The notes: a model not told the origin generated them from the sequence alone. Shown: positions 37,663 through 49,675, numbered from the stretch's first letter. The stretch is 64,000 bases of DNA from Octopus sinensis (GCF_006345805.1 NC_043021.1:10974001-11038000); one strand, 5' to 3'. Program-made: numbers and translations.

Positions 37663-38718
37663 GGAGAGAAAAAGAACTCCTGTAAATACGATGTTCTCAT
37701 AATTTGACGCTGTCTTTTTTTTATTCATTATTTATGAAGCCCTAGCAATAGGTACGCATATAAATTGCTACCATATCTTGTAACTATTGGCCCCCACCAC
37801 ACACACACACACAAATACACACGACGCGCTTCTTTCAATTTCCGTCTACCAAATCCTTAGACAAAGTTTTGCTCGGTCGGAAGCTAGAGTAGAAGACACT
37901 CGCCCAAAGTGCCGCACTGTGGGACTGAACTCCGAACCATTCGGTTGGGCATCCTATATTAACAACACTGAAGATAAAATGTTCAGAACACTATATGTGT
38001 ACGATATAACTGTGTCTATTTTTAGAGCAGATTTAGTTTGCTCTATTGAATTTAACTGAAGCGATGCAGGGGTTAAAGGTTTTTACGCTTCAGTGTGTAC
38101 GACAAAGGACGTTGACATCTGTGAGATTCATAATAATAAAAAAATTATTCCCGTAAACAAAAATCAGCTGTCGACAAAATGTCGAGAGAGTTTGAAAGCT
38201 TATTGTTCTAGGTGTAATTATAGCAGCAGTCAAAGTGCGGCCCCCTTCTTGCCGGCCTATTGACTTTTAATACGGTACTTGCCCATTCTAGGTATAAAAG
38301 AAAAGACCCCTTTCAGTTATGAATTTACTATACGATTACTCAGCATTCCACTTCGATGAAATGATACATATCTTACCAGCAATTGCTTTATTATAGCTCC
38401 CCTTATTCAGCATATTTGCTTTTCTTTCTTTCGCCTGTTCAATGCGGTCTTCTAAGATCAGCAATGTTAAAGCGACATTCTTTAGCTGTTTTTCTCTAAG
38501 TCAACATTCAGCTCAAAATCTGGCGCAATTTTGCTTTGCGCACGGTATATAAAAACCACTCATACACATTTTTGACTTTTCGGGATTTTCAGAAAAGTTT
38601 TGCGAATTTGTGTCACAAACACGGGAAATCATACGACTATGCAAGTGCCTTCTACTATAGCTTCGGGCCGACCAAGACCTTGTGAGTAGATTTGGTAGAC
38701 AGACAGACAGAAACTGTC

Positions 38719-38782
<64 letters not shown>

Positions 38783-39109
38783 GTATGTATGAACAGAGGC
38801 GACTGAAGAAGGGGAATTTTCCTTGTGTTGTGTGTCCTGTACTCTATTTTTTCGTTGTTTAAGAAAAATGTCCATTTCCTTGGTTTTGTGTTTATGTTTT
38901 CGTTTCTCATTGTGTTCGATGTTTTTTTGGGGGGTCCTGTACCCATATATGCATGTATATATACATGTAGATGTTGGTACGTACATATATATGTAAGTAT
39001 ATATGCATATATTTTATTTATTAATTTGTTATATATATATATATATATACCAAATCTACTCACTTGACTTATTTTGCTTATATATATATGGGTGTGTGTG
39101 TGTGTATGT

Positions 39110-39273
39110 ATATACGATGGGCTTCTTTCAGTTTCCGTCTACCAAATCCACTCACAATGCTTTGGACAGCCCGATGCTATCGTAGAAGATGCTTGCCCAA
39201 GGTGTCACGCAGTGGGATTGAACCCGCAACCATGTGGTTTGGAAGCAAGCTTCTTACCACACAGCCACACCTG
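39110..39273 (-). mobile_element. SINE family A 5' half (further fragments at ~37810-37950, 38640-38715, 43024-43395, 43695-43793)
   Basis: GGGCTTCTTTCAGTTTCCGTCTACCAAATCC...TTACCACACAGCCAC. Confidence 0.8.
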
Positions 39274-39540
39274 TTCCTTGATTTGAATTAATCGCGCACT
39301 ATCTTGCAGCTTCGAGATTTCAATGGTGCGATTACTTATGCTTTGAATAGCATTGTTCGTTCGGTGGAAGAAGCCAGGTCTGACCAGTTCGGATATAAAA
39401 CAGGTAAAAAAAACTTTGGGCCGCATATGGCCGGTTTAAATGCTAAACGGTCAAGAAAACAATTGCAGCGTGGAAGGTGTTTGTAAGCCATTTAAGAAAC
39501 ACACAAAAGCCGTTCGATTCACTTCAACATTTAAATTTAA

Positions 39541-39825
39541 CTAGCAGTATCGTCCGGCGTTGCTCGGGTTTGTAAGGGAAATAACTATATAAGCATTTTT
39601 AGAGAGTTACTTCCCTTATATAATAGCAAAAAATGCATTAAAAATGGGAAAAATGATGGTAATTTTTTTTTTTAATCGTAGACTCATCGTAGACGCGCGC
39701 TCGATATGAATCACGACTATAAGATACCCGGTTTTGGTTAAACTGCACCGCAAAATGTGGGAGTAGTTAGGAATCTAAATCTTAGGAGACAGACACTCAC
39801 ACAACTTCACTTTTATATATAAAGA
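39541..39825 (-). mobile_element. Non-autonomous Helitron, inserted into another repeat
   Basis: TC...hairpin...CTAG termini at an A|T site; host reads TTTAAATTTAA|TTTGTCAAAATATTTTCG once the element is removed. Confidence 0.85.
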
Positions 39826-40014
39826 TTTGTCAAAATATTTTCGTCGCTTTAAGACCGCGACCTGTTCACTGACAAAAATCTGTGCTGCATCTCAGAAAAA
39901 AATAAGAAAAAAATAAATGGAATGGTCCCGTTAGGAATGATGTTGGTCTGCCTGGTCAGAGCCGGTCTGAATCTGCTCAGCAACAGCAATTACGACATCA
40001 ATAGCAGTAGTATA

Positions 40015-40413
40015 TCTTTATATATAAAAGTCAAGTTGTGTGTCTGTCTCCTACGATTTAGATTCCTAACTACTCCCACATTTTGCGGTGCAGTTTAACC
40101 AAAACCGGGTATCTTATGGTCGTGATTCATATCGAGCCCTTCTGGGTATTAGCGCGCGTCTACGATGAGTCTACGATTTAAAAAAAAATTACCATCATTT
40201 TTTTTCCATTTTCATGCATTTCTTCGCTATTATATAAGGGAAGTAACTCTCTAAAAATGTCTACGATGAATCAACGATTTAAAAAAAATTTACCATCATT
40301 TTTTTTCTCCATTTTTAATGTATTTTTTTGCTATCTTTTGGCTATAACTCTCTTAAAATGCTTATATAGTTATTTCCCTTACAAACCCAAGCAACGCCGG
40401 GCGATACTGCCAG
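40015..40413 (+). mobile_element. Non-autonomous Helitron with internal duplication
   Basis: A|TCTTTATATATAAAAG...CCCAAGCAACGCCGGGCGATACTGCCAG|T. Confidence 0.85.
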
Positions 40414-40999
40414 TATATATATAAAGGTCTTTCTTGTTTGTTTCTCGTTTTTATCTCTCATTTACACTTCACTTCAAACCCTGAATACCAAATACCTATT
40501 TCTTTACTACCCACCAGGGGCTAAACACAGAGGGGAGTACCAAATACGTCTCACCTCCATAATTAAGCGAGCGAATGTGGTGAAGAAGGAAGTGGGTCTG
40601 TATAAAGTTGTTGGGGAAGGTAGTAATAGGAGCTAAATACCTTTTAAGTGGCATGCCCTGTGGTGTATAAAAAAAGAAGGGAAAAAAATAAGAAGAAAGA
40701 CGAGATTCCATCATGTCCATCAGGTTGTTTATACTCTCTTTGCTATGTCTCAATAAAATAATAACAAGAACAACAACAGCAATGATAACAGAGCCGAACA
40801 GCAACAGTAGCAAAGCGACAACAATAAACGAACGTTTTATGAATGTTGGACCACCGAGGTAGCAACAAGATAGCCGCAAAAATCAACGGTTCTTAGATAC
40901 ATAAATACACACAGGCGCGCAAGCGCAACCCTACACATATATGTAGACGCACAAAATACATGCATGTGTTTCTATGTGTGTGTCTGTGAGAGTGTGTTA

Positions 41000-41043
<44 letters not shown>

Positions 41044-41132
41044 TCATCAATCTGTCTATCTATTTGTCTGTCAATTTGTCTATCAATTTGTCTGTCTGTG
41101 TATCATAAGCATACATATACATGTGTGCACAT

Positions 41133-41176
<44 letters not shown>

Positions 41177-41316
41177 TAAGTAATTAAGGTTTAGCAACGA
41201 ATTGCCTCACCAACACACCGAATTTAGAAATAGCAGTCAAAGAGATATAGCTATTCCTTCTTGGTGTAATTAATAATTATTCCAAATTAATTAGTTTCAC
41301 CCTTTATTGTTACTGA

Positions 41317-41402
<86 letters not shown>

Positions 41403-41535
41403 CGAACAGACATTTATACACACACACGCACACACACACACCACATATATATATATTTAATGTAGGATAAAAATTTTTCGAAAAAAAAATTTATCAATGG
41501 CCAGCATATTAAAAAAATACCTTTAAAGGTTAAAT

Positions 41536-42268
41536 GGATCTTTGGGATCTTTTCCTTTTGAACGGCAGTTTTCAACACAATTTCTAGTTAACTAAACACT
41601 TTTAAACTTCGTATACTGGTAGAACCCTAACCCTAAAACAGATTGAAATGCAATAGATCGATACTAGGGTTATAATTATGGATGGCAATTTCATACGACA
41701 CCGCTACGGAAAATGGGATTTTTTTCTAGCGGTGTCAAATGAAAATGTCACCCATAATTATAACCCTAGTATCGATCTATTGCATTTCAATCTGTTTTAG
41801 AGTTAGGGTTAGGGGTGGGAGAAGAGTATCTTTTTTTCTTCGCAAATGTAAATAAACCCAATGTGTTTCTTAAATGAGGGGCATATTCATACAGCACGGA
41901 ATGTTACCTAAATGGAGGTCAGCGATTGGTTAAAATTGCCGAAATGCTCGATTTTAAAGTGGAAATATCTTACAAACTATAGAATTTTCTCAATAAAGCC
42001 ACGAAAAAATGATGTTTTATAAACACATTCTATCAGTATACGAAGTTTAAAAGTGTTTAGTTAACTAGAAATTGTGTTGACATATGCCGTTCAAAAGGAA
42101 AAGATCCGATCTTTTCCTTTTGAACGGCACTTTGTAACATAATTTCTAGGTAACTAAAAAGTTCTAAACTTCGTATACTGGTAGAATGTGTTTATAACAC
42201 ATAATTTTCTCTTGGCTTTATTGAGAAAATACTATAGGTTGTAACATATTTCGTCTAAAATTTCTTGC
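41536..42268. mobile_element. GG...CC MITE (41545-42107) inserted in the terminus of a second copy of the same family
   Basis: TIR GGATCTTTTCCTTTTGAACGGCA / TGCCGTTCAAAAGGAAAAGATCC; 8-bp TSD GATCTTTG / GATCTTTT. Confidence 0.8.
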
Positions 42269-42657
42269 GCGCATACAAAACCATCATGCATGCGCACGTA
42301 CACGTACGCACACACAAACAAACACGCACACACGCACATAGACATTTAGAGTACGTTGACATATGCTTTTTGTTCTCTTATCGAGGAACACAATAAACAT
42401 GTATATTTTATGAGAAAAGTGTGCTAATGTGTGTAGGGGTATGTGTGAAAGTATGTGTAGGGGTATGTGTGTGTGTGAATTGAAAGGGTGTGTAGGGGTA
42501 TGAGTGAAAGTATATGTGTGTAGGGTGTGTGTGTGTGTGTGTGAGAGAGAATGTCTGAATGTGTTTGGATGTGCGCGCGCACGTAAATTGCTAAAGGAAA
42601 AATATATAAAAACCTGAAATTAACCAATGGTAGTTAGAAAGTGAAGTTTAATCCTAC

Positions 42658-42869
42658 CTGTCTCTCCGAAGAAAAATTTTTAGTTCGACTTGCTTTAAGC
42701 TGTCCATTTGCAGATTTGCGACAGACGACTTCGACTTTGCTACTGTAACAAGCCGACCACGGGATCAAATTACATTAAACTCCCTTGTAATAATAATAAT
42801 AATAATAATAAGTCACCTGAGTTAATAACTGTGATTGTTACTTCTGTGAAACTGTTATTCCTCGAGTTT
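42658..42869 (-). CDS. Two candidate host exons (42817-42869 and 42658-42742), unknown product
   Basis: T-rich tract + TTACAG acceptor, CAG|GTGACT donor, short intron, TTACAG acceptor, CAG|GTAGGA donor; phases join into NSRNNSFTEVTITVINSVAKSKSSVANLQMDSLKQVELKIFLRRD. Confidence 0.35.
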
Positions 42870-43284
42870 CTGTAAAATATAAAACAAACAAAAAAAAAAA
42901 CAAACTCATTAGCGTAATTATTATAATTATTGACATTAATTTTATTATTATTTAGTTCACGAAAGGAATTACTCATGGCAAAGGTAAGGCCATTTCTATT
43001 TCTTTTTTAAAATTTTTAAAATTTTTATTCTTTTACTTGTTTCTGTCATTTGACTGCGGCCATGCTGGAGCACCGCCTTAAGTGTGTGTGTGTGTGTGTG
43101 TGTGGTCTTTGTAGTCTCAGAAATGGACCCCCCCCCCAGGACTTTACCTTATTCTTTGTAAGCCTAATACTTATTCTATTATTCCGTCTTTTGCCGAACC
43201 GCTAGGTTACAGGGATGTAAACACAACAGCGCCGGTTGTTAAATGGGGGACGGGGAGAACACAGATACAAAAGCACACATACAC

Positions 43285-43315
<31 letters not shown>

Positions 43316-43792
43316 CAGGCTTCTTTCAGTTTCCGTCTACCAAATTCACTCACACGGCTTTGGTCAGCTATAGTAAAAAAAAGACACTTGCCCAAATTTG
43401 TAAGTTGCGATTTTTGCCTTTTTTTTTTTTGTTTCAGAATCAGAATCTCCATAGCCGAAAACAGGGGTTATTTATTTTTCTTGTTTGTTTGTTCTTCTTT
43501 GTTTGGATTCACTGATAGATCGCTAGCCACTACACATTCTTTATTTTCTCTCCTTGTCTTTTTTGTGTTCCTTTCTGTGGAAGAACGTAGGCTCGAAACG
43601 TTAAAGACTTTTTCACTACCTGTCTTCGTATTTTGCTTTTTTGTGAATTCTCCCTATATATATATATATATATATATCTATATATATATATATAGAATGA
43701 GTACTGGGCTTACAAAGAATAAGTCCCGGGGTCGATTTGCTCGACTAAAGGCGGTGCTCCAGCATGGCCGCAGTGAAAATGACTGAAACAAG

Positions 43793-43823
<31 letters not shown>

Positions 43824-43866
43824 TTAGAGATAAAACCACTATTAAGCAAATCATACAATGAAAAAC

Positions 43867-45067
43867 GGTTAATATAGGGCGTAACAAATATCAGAAAATC
43901 AAAAAAAAAATGTGTGTAATAGGTGTAAAACAACTTCCTATGAACGAATATGAAAAAAAAAATTCGCGCACGCGAAAGGGGGGTGGGGGAGAATCCTCGG
44001 AAAATTCACATCGGGAAGTTCCGAAAGCGTCTGAGGGGCTGACCCGGGCACCAAAACAAAAAAAAAATAGTGTAATATGTGTAAAACAACTTGCTCTAAA
44101 CGAATATGACAAAAAAAAATGCGCTCTCGAGAAAGGATGCATTACTTAGTATATATTACATCTAGAGAATTTTGATTAATAAGTCAAATATGCAAATTAT
44201 AAAGATAATTAATTGCTTTACTAAACAGTGTTGTAAAGGTGAAAAAATAAATTTGGGAAAAAAATACACGCCAAAACTAATTAATAAAGGATAATTAGGG
44301 AAGGATTGACACAAAATAATAATTTTTTGTCTCTTTTTTTCTGATAAATGCATCTTAATAAGTGAGAAGAATTGCATATATCTGAACTATTTCAAAGAAA
44401 AGCATAAATTTAATGTTTAAAATAGCTTTAACCAAGGAATGAGATCCAACATTTCTTCACTTTTTCCAGAATTTCTTCTCTTTATTTTTTTTTTTTTTGC
44501 GAATACGGAGTTTATGATTCATGTGTGAGTGTGTGTTCTTGATACTCGTTTAGAACAAGTAGTTTTACACCAATTACACTATTTTTTTCTTAGTTTAAAG
44601 GCCGTGGACTGAAGATGTGAAATTTCCGAAGCCTCTCCCCCACCCCCCTTTCGCGAGCGCGCATTTTTTTCATGATAGTCGTTTAGAGCAAGTTGTTTTA
44701 CACCTATTACGCTGTTTTTGTTTTTGTTTTTGTGCCCGGTTCAGACGCTTTCGGAAATTCCCGATATAAATATTCCGAGGCCTCTCCCCCACCCCTCTTT
44801 CTCGAGAGCGCATTTTTTTTTTGTCATATTCGTTTAGAGCAAGTTGTTTTACACATATTACACTATTTTTTTTTTTGTTTTGGTGCCCGGGTCAGCTCCT
44901 CAGACGCTTTCGGAACTTCCCGATGTGAATTTTCCGAGGCCTCTCCCCCACCCCCCTTTCGCGTGCGCGAATTTTTTTTTTCATATTCGTTCATAGGAAG
45001 TTGTTTTACACCTATTACACACATTTTTAAAAAAATTTTCTAATATTTGTTACGCCCTATATTAACC
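43867..45067. mobile_element. 1.2-kb non-autonomous DNA transposon with ~270-bp TIRs (Merlin- or Mutator/Foldback-like)
   Basis: GGTTAATATAGGGCGTAACAAAT / ATTTGTTACGCCCTATATTAACC; exact 8-bp TSD TGAAAAAC (43859-43866, 45068-45075); subterminal tandem subrepeats. Confidence 0.9.
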
Positions 45068-45260
45068 TGAAAAACTTAAGCCAATACATAAGATTAATTA
45101 ATTTATATTATTTAAAATATATATCAAAATTATTAAAAAGATGATCTTTTTAATAATTTTGATATATATTTTAAATAATATAAATTAATTAATCTTATGT
45201 ATTGGCTTAAGTTTTTCATTGTATGATTTGCCTAATAGTGGTTTTATCTCTAATTTAATA
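45068..45260. repeat. Fold-back palindrome centred at 45143 whose left arm continues at ~43815-43866
   Basis: AAAAAGAT-G-ATCTTTTT centre; arms pair once the 43867-45067 insertion is removed. Confidence 0.9.
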
Positions 45261-45345
45261 TAATATAATATTTTACTATAAAATTAGATACAATCCTAAA
45301 TCTGATTTTTCCCTGTAAGTTTGGATTTATTCCCTAATATTTTAT

Positions 45346-45392
<47 letters not shown>

Positions 45393-45559
45393 AGCGTGCC
45401 TGGGGAGTGAACCAAAGGAGTCGCTATTAAACTACCAAAGAAAGGAGATTTGAGCTAAAACTGGATAAGAATAACACCATTGCCAACGCCAGATAAAGTG
45501 CTGTAGTCATTGTTTCTGTTCCGGTTGAAGTTTGTACCAGATGTAAAGCTGAGAGAACA

Positions 45560-46245
45560 GGCTAGGTTTCAACTCAGCAGATCGTGCTGCGAGCAAATAT
45601 CCACACTGTGCAACATCGTAGAACATTGCATGGAACACCAAAGACCACCGCCACCGCGGCAATCTTTCGTCTCTAGTAGACCTTTCCGTCGATTTCCGTA
45701 AAAAAAAATTTTTTTTTTACATATGGGCTTGCGGGAACTTTTGAAGTAATGAGAGCGAAAGAGACTAAGAGAAAGCGATTGTATGACGAGGGAAGTTCTT
45801 TTGAAGTTACCGTCCAGGGGAAGCATTGATGTACATGTGTGTGTGTGTTTGATGGGGTGTGGGAGACAGACAGTATGTTGTGTAAGTGAAGTGCTTCTGT
45901 TAGTGTGTGTGAAGAGACAGAGTAATGTGTGAAGGAAAGAGATAACTGAACTTTTTTACTCGGTGTATGTGTATATGTATGTATATTACTTCAAAAGTTC
46001 CCGCAAGCCCATATGTAAAAAAAAATTTGTTACGGAAATCGACGGAAAGGTCTACTAGAGACGAAAGATCGCCAAGACCACTAATAATAAACTTCATTGA
46101 CTTCAAAAAGGCGTTTGACAATGTACATGGTGAAACCCTCAGGAAGATTGCAAAAGTGTATGGAATACCAGACGATTATATCAGTCTGCTTAGCAGTTTC
46201 TACACTAACTCAAGCTGCTGCATTAGTACAGAGTGTGGATACCCT
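45560..46245 (+). pseudogene. RTE-like LINE reverse transcriptase relic split by a MITE
   Basis: FQLSRSCCEQISTLCNIVEHCMEHQRP | LIINFIDFKKAFDNVHGETLRKIAKVYGIP. Confidence 0.85.
45658..46073. mobile_element. GG...CC MITE with ~90-bp TIRs
   Basis: GGCAATCTTTCGTCTCTAGTAGACC / GGTCTACTAGAGACGAAAGATCGCC; TSD AAGACCAC at 45641-45648 and 46074-46081, with 9 extra nt on the left. Confidence 0.85.
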
Positions 46246-46331
46246 CGGTACTGAATTAACCATAAAGCAAAATAAGCACGTGCTTAGGGCATCAAAGGAA
46301 AGGAGCACCACAGAAATGGTAAATGATTTGA

Positions 46332-47435
46332 AGGCGGCGAGTTGGCAGAAAGGTTAGCACGCCGGGCGAAATGCTTAGCAGTATTTCGTCTGCTGCTACG
46401 TTCTGAGTTCAAATTCCCCCCGAGGTCGACTTTGCCTTTCATCCTTTCGGGGTCGATTAAATAAGTACCTGTTACGCTCCGGGGTCGATGTAATCGACTC
46501 AATCCGTTTGTCTGTCCTTGTTTGTCTCCTCTGTGTTTAACCCCTTGTGGGTAGTAAAGAAATAGGTATTTCGTCTGCCGCTATGTTCTGAGTTCAAATT
46601 CCGCCGAGGTCGACTTTGCCTTTCATCCTTTCGGGGTCGATTAAATAAGTACCAGTTACGCACTGGGGTCGATGTAATCGACTTAATCCGTTTGTCTGTC
46701 CTCTCTGTGCTTAGCCCCTTGTGGGTAGTAAATAAATAGGTATTTCGTCTGCTGCTACGTTCTGAGTTCAAATTCCGCCGAGGTCGACTTTGCCTTTCAT
46801 CCTTTCCGGGTCGATTAAGTAAGTACCAGTTACGCTCTCGACTCAATCCGTTTGTCCTTGTTTGTCCCCTCTGTGTTTAACCCCTTGTGGGTAGTAAAGA
46901 AATAGGTATTTCGTCTGCCGCTATGTTCTGAGTTCAAATTCCGCCGAGGTCCACTTTGCCTTTCATCCTTTCAGGGTCGATTAAATAAGTACCAGTTACG
47001 CTCTCGACTCAATCCGTTTGTCTGTCCCCTCTGTGTTTAACCCCTTGTGGGTAGTAAAGAAATAAGTATTTCGTCTGCCGTTACGTTCTGAGTTCAAATT
47101 CCGCCGAGGTTGACTTTGCCTTTCATCCTTTCGGGGTCGATTAAATAAGTATCAGTTACGCACTGGGGTCGATGCAATCGACTTAATCCGTTTGTCTGTC
47201 TTTGTTTGTCCTCTCTGTGCTTAGCCCCTTGTGGGTAGTAAATAAATAGATATTTCGTCTGCTGCTACGTTCTGAGTTCAAATTCCGCCAAGGTCGACTT
47301 TGCTTTTCAACCTTTCGTGGTCGATAAATGAAGTACTAGTTACGCACTGGGGTCGATGTAATCGACTTAATCTGTTTGTTGGTCCCTGTTTGTCCCCTCT
47401 GTTTAACCCCTTGTGGGCAAAAAAAAAAAAGAAAT
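46332..47435 (+). mobile_element. SINE family B: one head followed by six tandem body/tail units
   Basis: Units start with (G)TATTTCGTCTG at about 46381, 46567, 46740, 46906, 47066, 47250. Confidence 0.9.
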
Positions 47436-47821
47436 GGTAAAAGATTGTGGCTCAAAAGAAATTACTTTAAATTGACTAAAAAAATTCAAAGTGATTTATA
47501 TGATTAGAAATATAATTTCGAAGTGTTCATGGTACCATAGTGAGGATCTGATCAAAGGCTTTGCCATTAAAAAAGGCCAGAGAAAACTTTTGAAATATGA
47601 ATAAGCTTGATCGTATATAAAAATAAGTATTATTTTCCATATTACTGTTTGTTCTATTTTATTTTGAAAAATATGAATTTATTTTATGGTATTGTTTATA
47701 TTTTGGATTACATATATATGGGGACACCACGATTTTTTAAGTGCTTAGGGCCTCTCTGGGTCTTAATCCGGCCCAGTATACACTTGTCTTCTTAAGATCG
47801 TCACTGGAGTAAGACAAAGCG

Positions 47822-48114
47822 ATCTCAAGGATTGCACCTAGAAAGTTACCCTCCGAGGCACAAGTCCGGGCAAGGCCAGCAGTCGCCCATGCATATCAGC
47901 CTCTCCTCTCCACACCACTGATGTTATCTAAGGGAAAGGCAAAGGGGCCGATACGGCTTGGCCCCTGTGATGTCGCAACTCATTTCTACAGCTGAGTGAA
48001 CTGGAGCAACGTGAAATAAAGTGTCTTGCTCAAGAACACAACACGCAGCTCGGTCCGAGAATCGAACTCACAACCTCACGCTCTACGCTCTAACCACTGA
48101 GCCATGTGCCTTCA
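47822..48114 (-). mobile_element. SINE family D (tRNA head plus CORE/V-like domain)
   Basis: Minus strand: ATGGCTCAGTGGTTAGAGCG...GAGTTCGATTCTC...GTGTTCTTGAGCAAGACACTTT. Confidence 0.8.
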
Positions 48115-48515
48115 CACACACAGATAGATATATATATTCACTTTTTACTATTTTCTATATATATATATATATATTCACTTTTTACTATTTTCTATATATA
48201 TATATATATATATTCACTTTTTACTATTTTCTATATATATATATATATATATATGAGTGTATTTTTACCTTGTTAACAATAAACGTAATAATGCCGGTCT
48301 CAGCAAACTAATTTGGGATCTAAAAGACCGCAATGAACAATTTCATTTAGAATGGTTGATTCTCTCAATCTCGATACCTTATGACAAAGGCAAGGAATTC
48401 TGTCTTCTCTGCAATTCTGAGCTATTTTTCATTATTTTTAAAAAAATCCCCTAGTAAAACACGGTTATAGAGCGAGCATACAGATGTAAACATTGGCAAA
48501 AACACACCTTTAGTT

Positions 48516-49012
48516 CACCCTCCATCAGGCATTTGCCATATGCTGTACGCCTTACTTCCCTGGGCATGGAAACATTGAAACTCCGACGTCTGGCTGCTGA
48601 CTTGGCAGACACCCATAAAATTATCAACCATCGTACAAACAATAACTCTGAGCACCTTTTCAAACTCCACCCATCTAACACCCGTGGACATATTTACAAA
48701 GTAAGAAAACAGCACAGCTCCCATGACTTCAGGAAACATTTTTTCACGCTGAGAGTTGCTGAAGCATGGAACAAACTGCCGCCATCAGTTGTTAGTTGTC
48801 GGAGCACTGCACCCTTCAAAACGTCCATGCTTCCTGAGATTCGCCAACACTACACTTGATTTTCTCCCCTCCATACACACACAAGCATGTATCTGACTCA
48901 TACATTGTTCGCTTTCCAGACATTTCTACATTACTACATGTACTTTATATGCACTTTCTGACAAGTTGTGGTGCACCTGAGCACTGTATACAATAATTTC
49001 ATCATTATTATT
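48516..49012 (+). mobile_element. CR1-clade LINE, 5'-truncated
   Basis: PYAVRLTSLGMETLKLRRLAADL...NTRGHIYK...RKHFFTLRVAEAWNKLP is typical of the CR1 ORF2 C-terminus; (ATT)n-type tail. Confidence 0.9.
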
Positions 49013-49212
49013 TATATAAGTAGTCTCTATCATTATACATAATTTAAACTTTAATTTCCCTTATATTTAACATTTCTACTCTTTCTGTAAGCTACTTATG
49101 ACGTTATATCATATAACGTTTTTTTAAACAATATTAATAGCGTTCAGTTAATCGCTATACAAATCCATCATTTTTTGCTAAAATGTCTTATTGACGAGTT
49201 TCGTTTTTTTTC

Positions 49213-49298
49213 ACTTTCCTGAAGAGAAGATTGCATTGTTTATACCATTTATTCTTTTGAATAGTATCAGTGGAATTTTCGAAACATGTGTCGAAAGT
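49213..49298 (+). ncRNA. Type I hammerhead ribozyme with intact core
   Basis: ACTTTC-CTGAAGA-GAAGATT..long loop..AATTTTC-GAAAC-ATGT-GTC-GAAAGT; predicted cleavage after 49292. Confidence 0.8.
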
Positions 49299-49417
49299 AA
49301 AAATATTTTATTTATACCTGCGTTAAACTCCATTTATTTATTCATATATATATATATATATCAGAAATATTAAATTTCTAAATGTCTCAAAGAGACATGA
49401 GCGGTGGTGGAGCGATA

Positions 49418-49675
49418 GAGTGGTTGTATACTGTCAACGTGACAGTCCCGTATGGGAATTACATCACCGCTGTTTAGCCCTAGGAAGCATCGAACGCTTC
49501 CTGTCGGCTTTGACACATTTTCTATGTCCTTATATTTGCCTCCCCTTCACAAATATAAGGACACAGAAAATGTGTCAAAGCCGACAGGAAGCGTTCGATG
49601 CTTCCTAGGGTTAAACAGCGGTGGTGTAATTCCCATACGGGACTGTCACGTTAAGTTGACAGTATACAACCACTC
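49418..49675. mobile_element. Near-perfect palindromic MITE with TA flanks
   Basis: TA-GAGTGGTTGTATACTGTCAAC...GTTGACAGTATACAACCACTC-TA; arms about 120 bp, 11-nt spacer CCTCCCCTTCA. Confidence 0.8.

Larger units (their letters stand above)
48257..49345 (+). mobile_element. Penelope-like element 3' end (endonuclease-region C-terminus + terminal repeat), split by a CR1 fragment
   Basis: AGLSKLIWDLKDRNEQFHLEWLIL..PYDKGKEFCLLCNSELFFII..RCKHWQKHTFS|LYK*; downstream hammerhead. Confidence 0.8.

Noticed and set aside
38395-38470. Possible restriction-like-endonuclease retrotransposon relic (minus strand LEDRIEQAKERK..KYAE)
   Set aside because: Too short and degenerate to support without a profile search
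39290-39453. piggyBac-like MITE end (...TTTAAATGCTAAACGGTCAA)
   Set aside because: Only one degenerate terminus seen; no matching TIR or TTAA duplication located
41625-41820. Telomere or interstitial telomeric repeat (CCCTAA/TTAGGG)
   Set aside because: Only 2-3 units, always at the same position inside one MITE family (also 35570, 61441, 63230)
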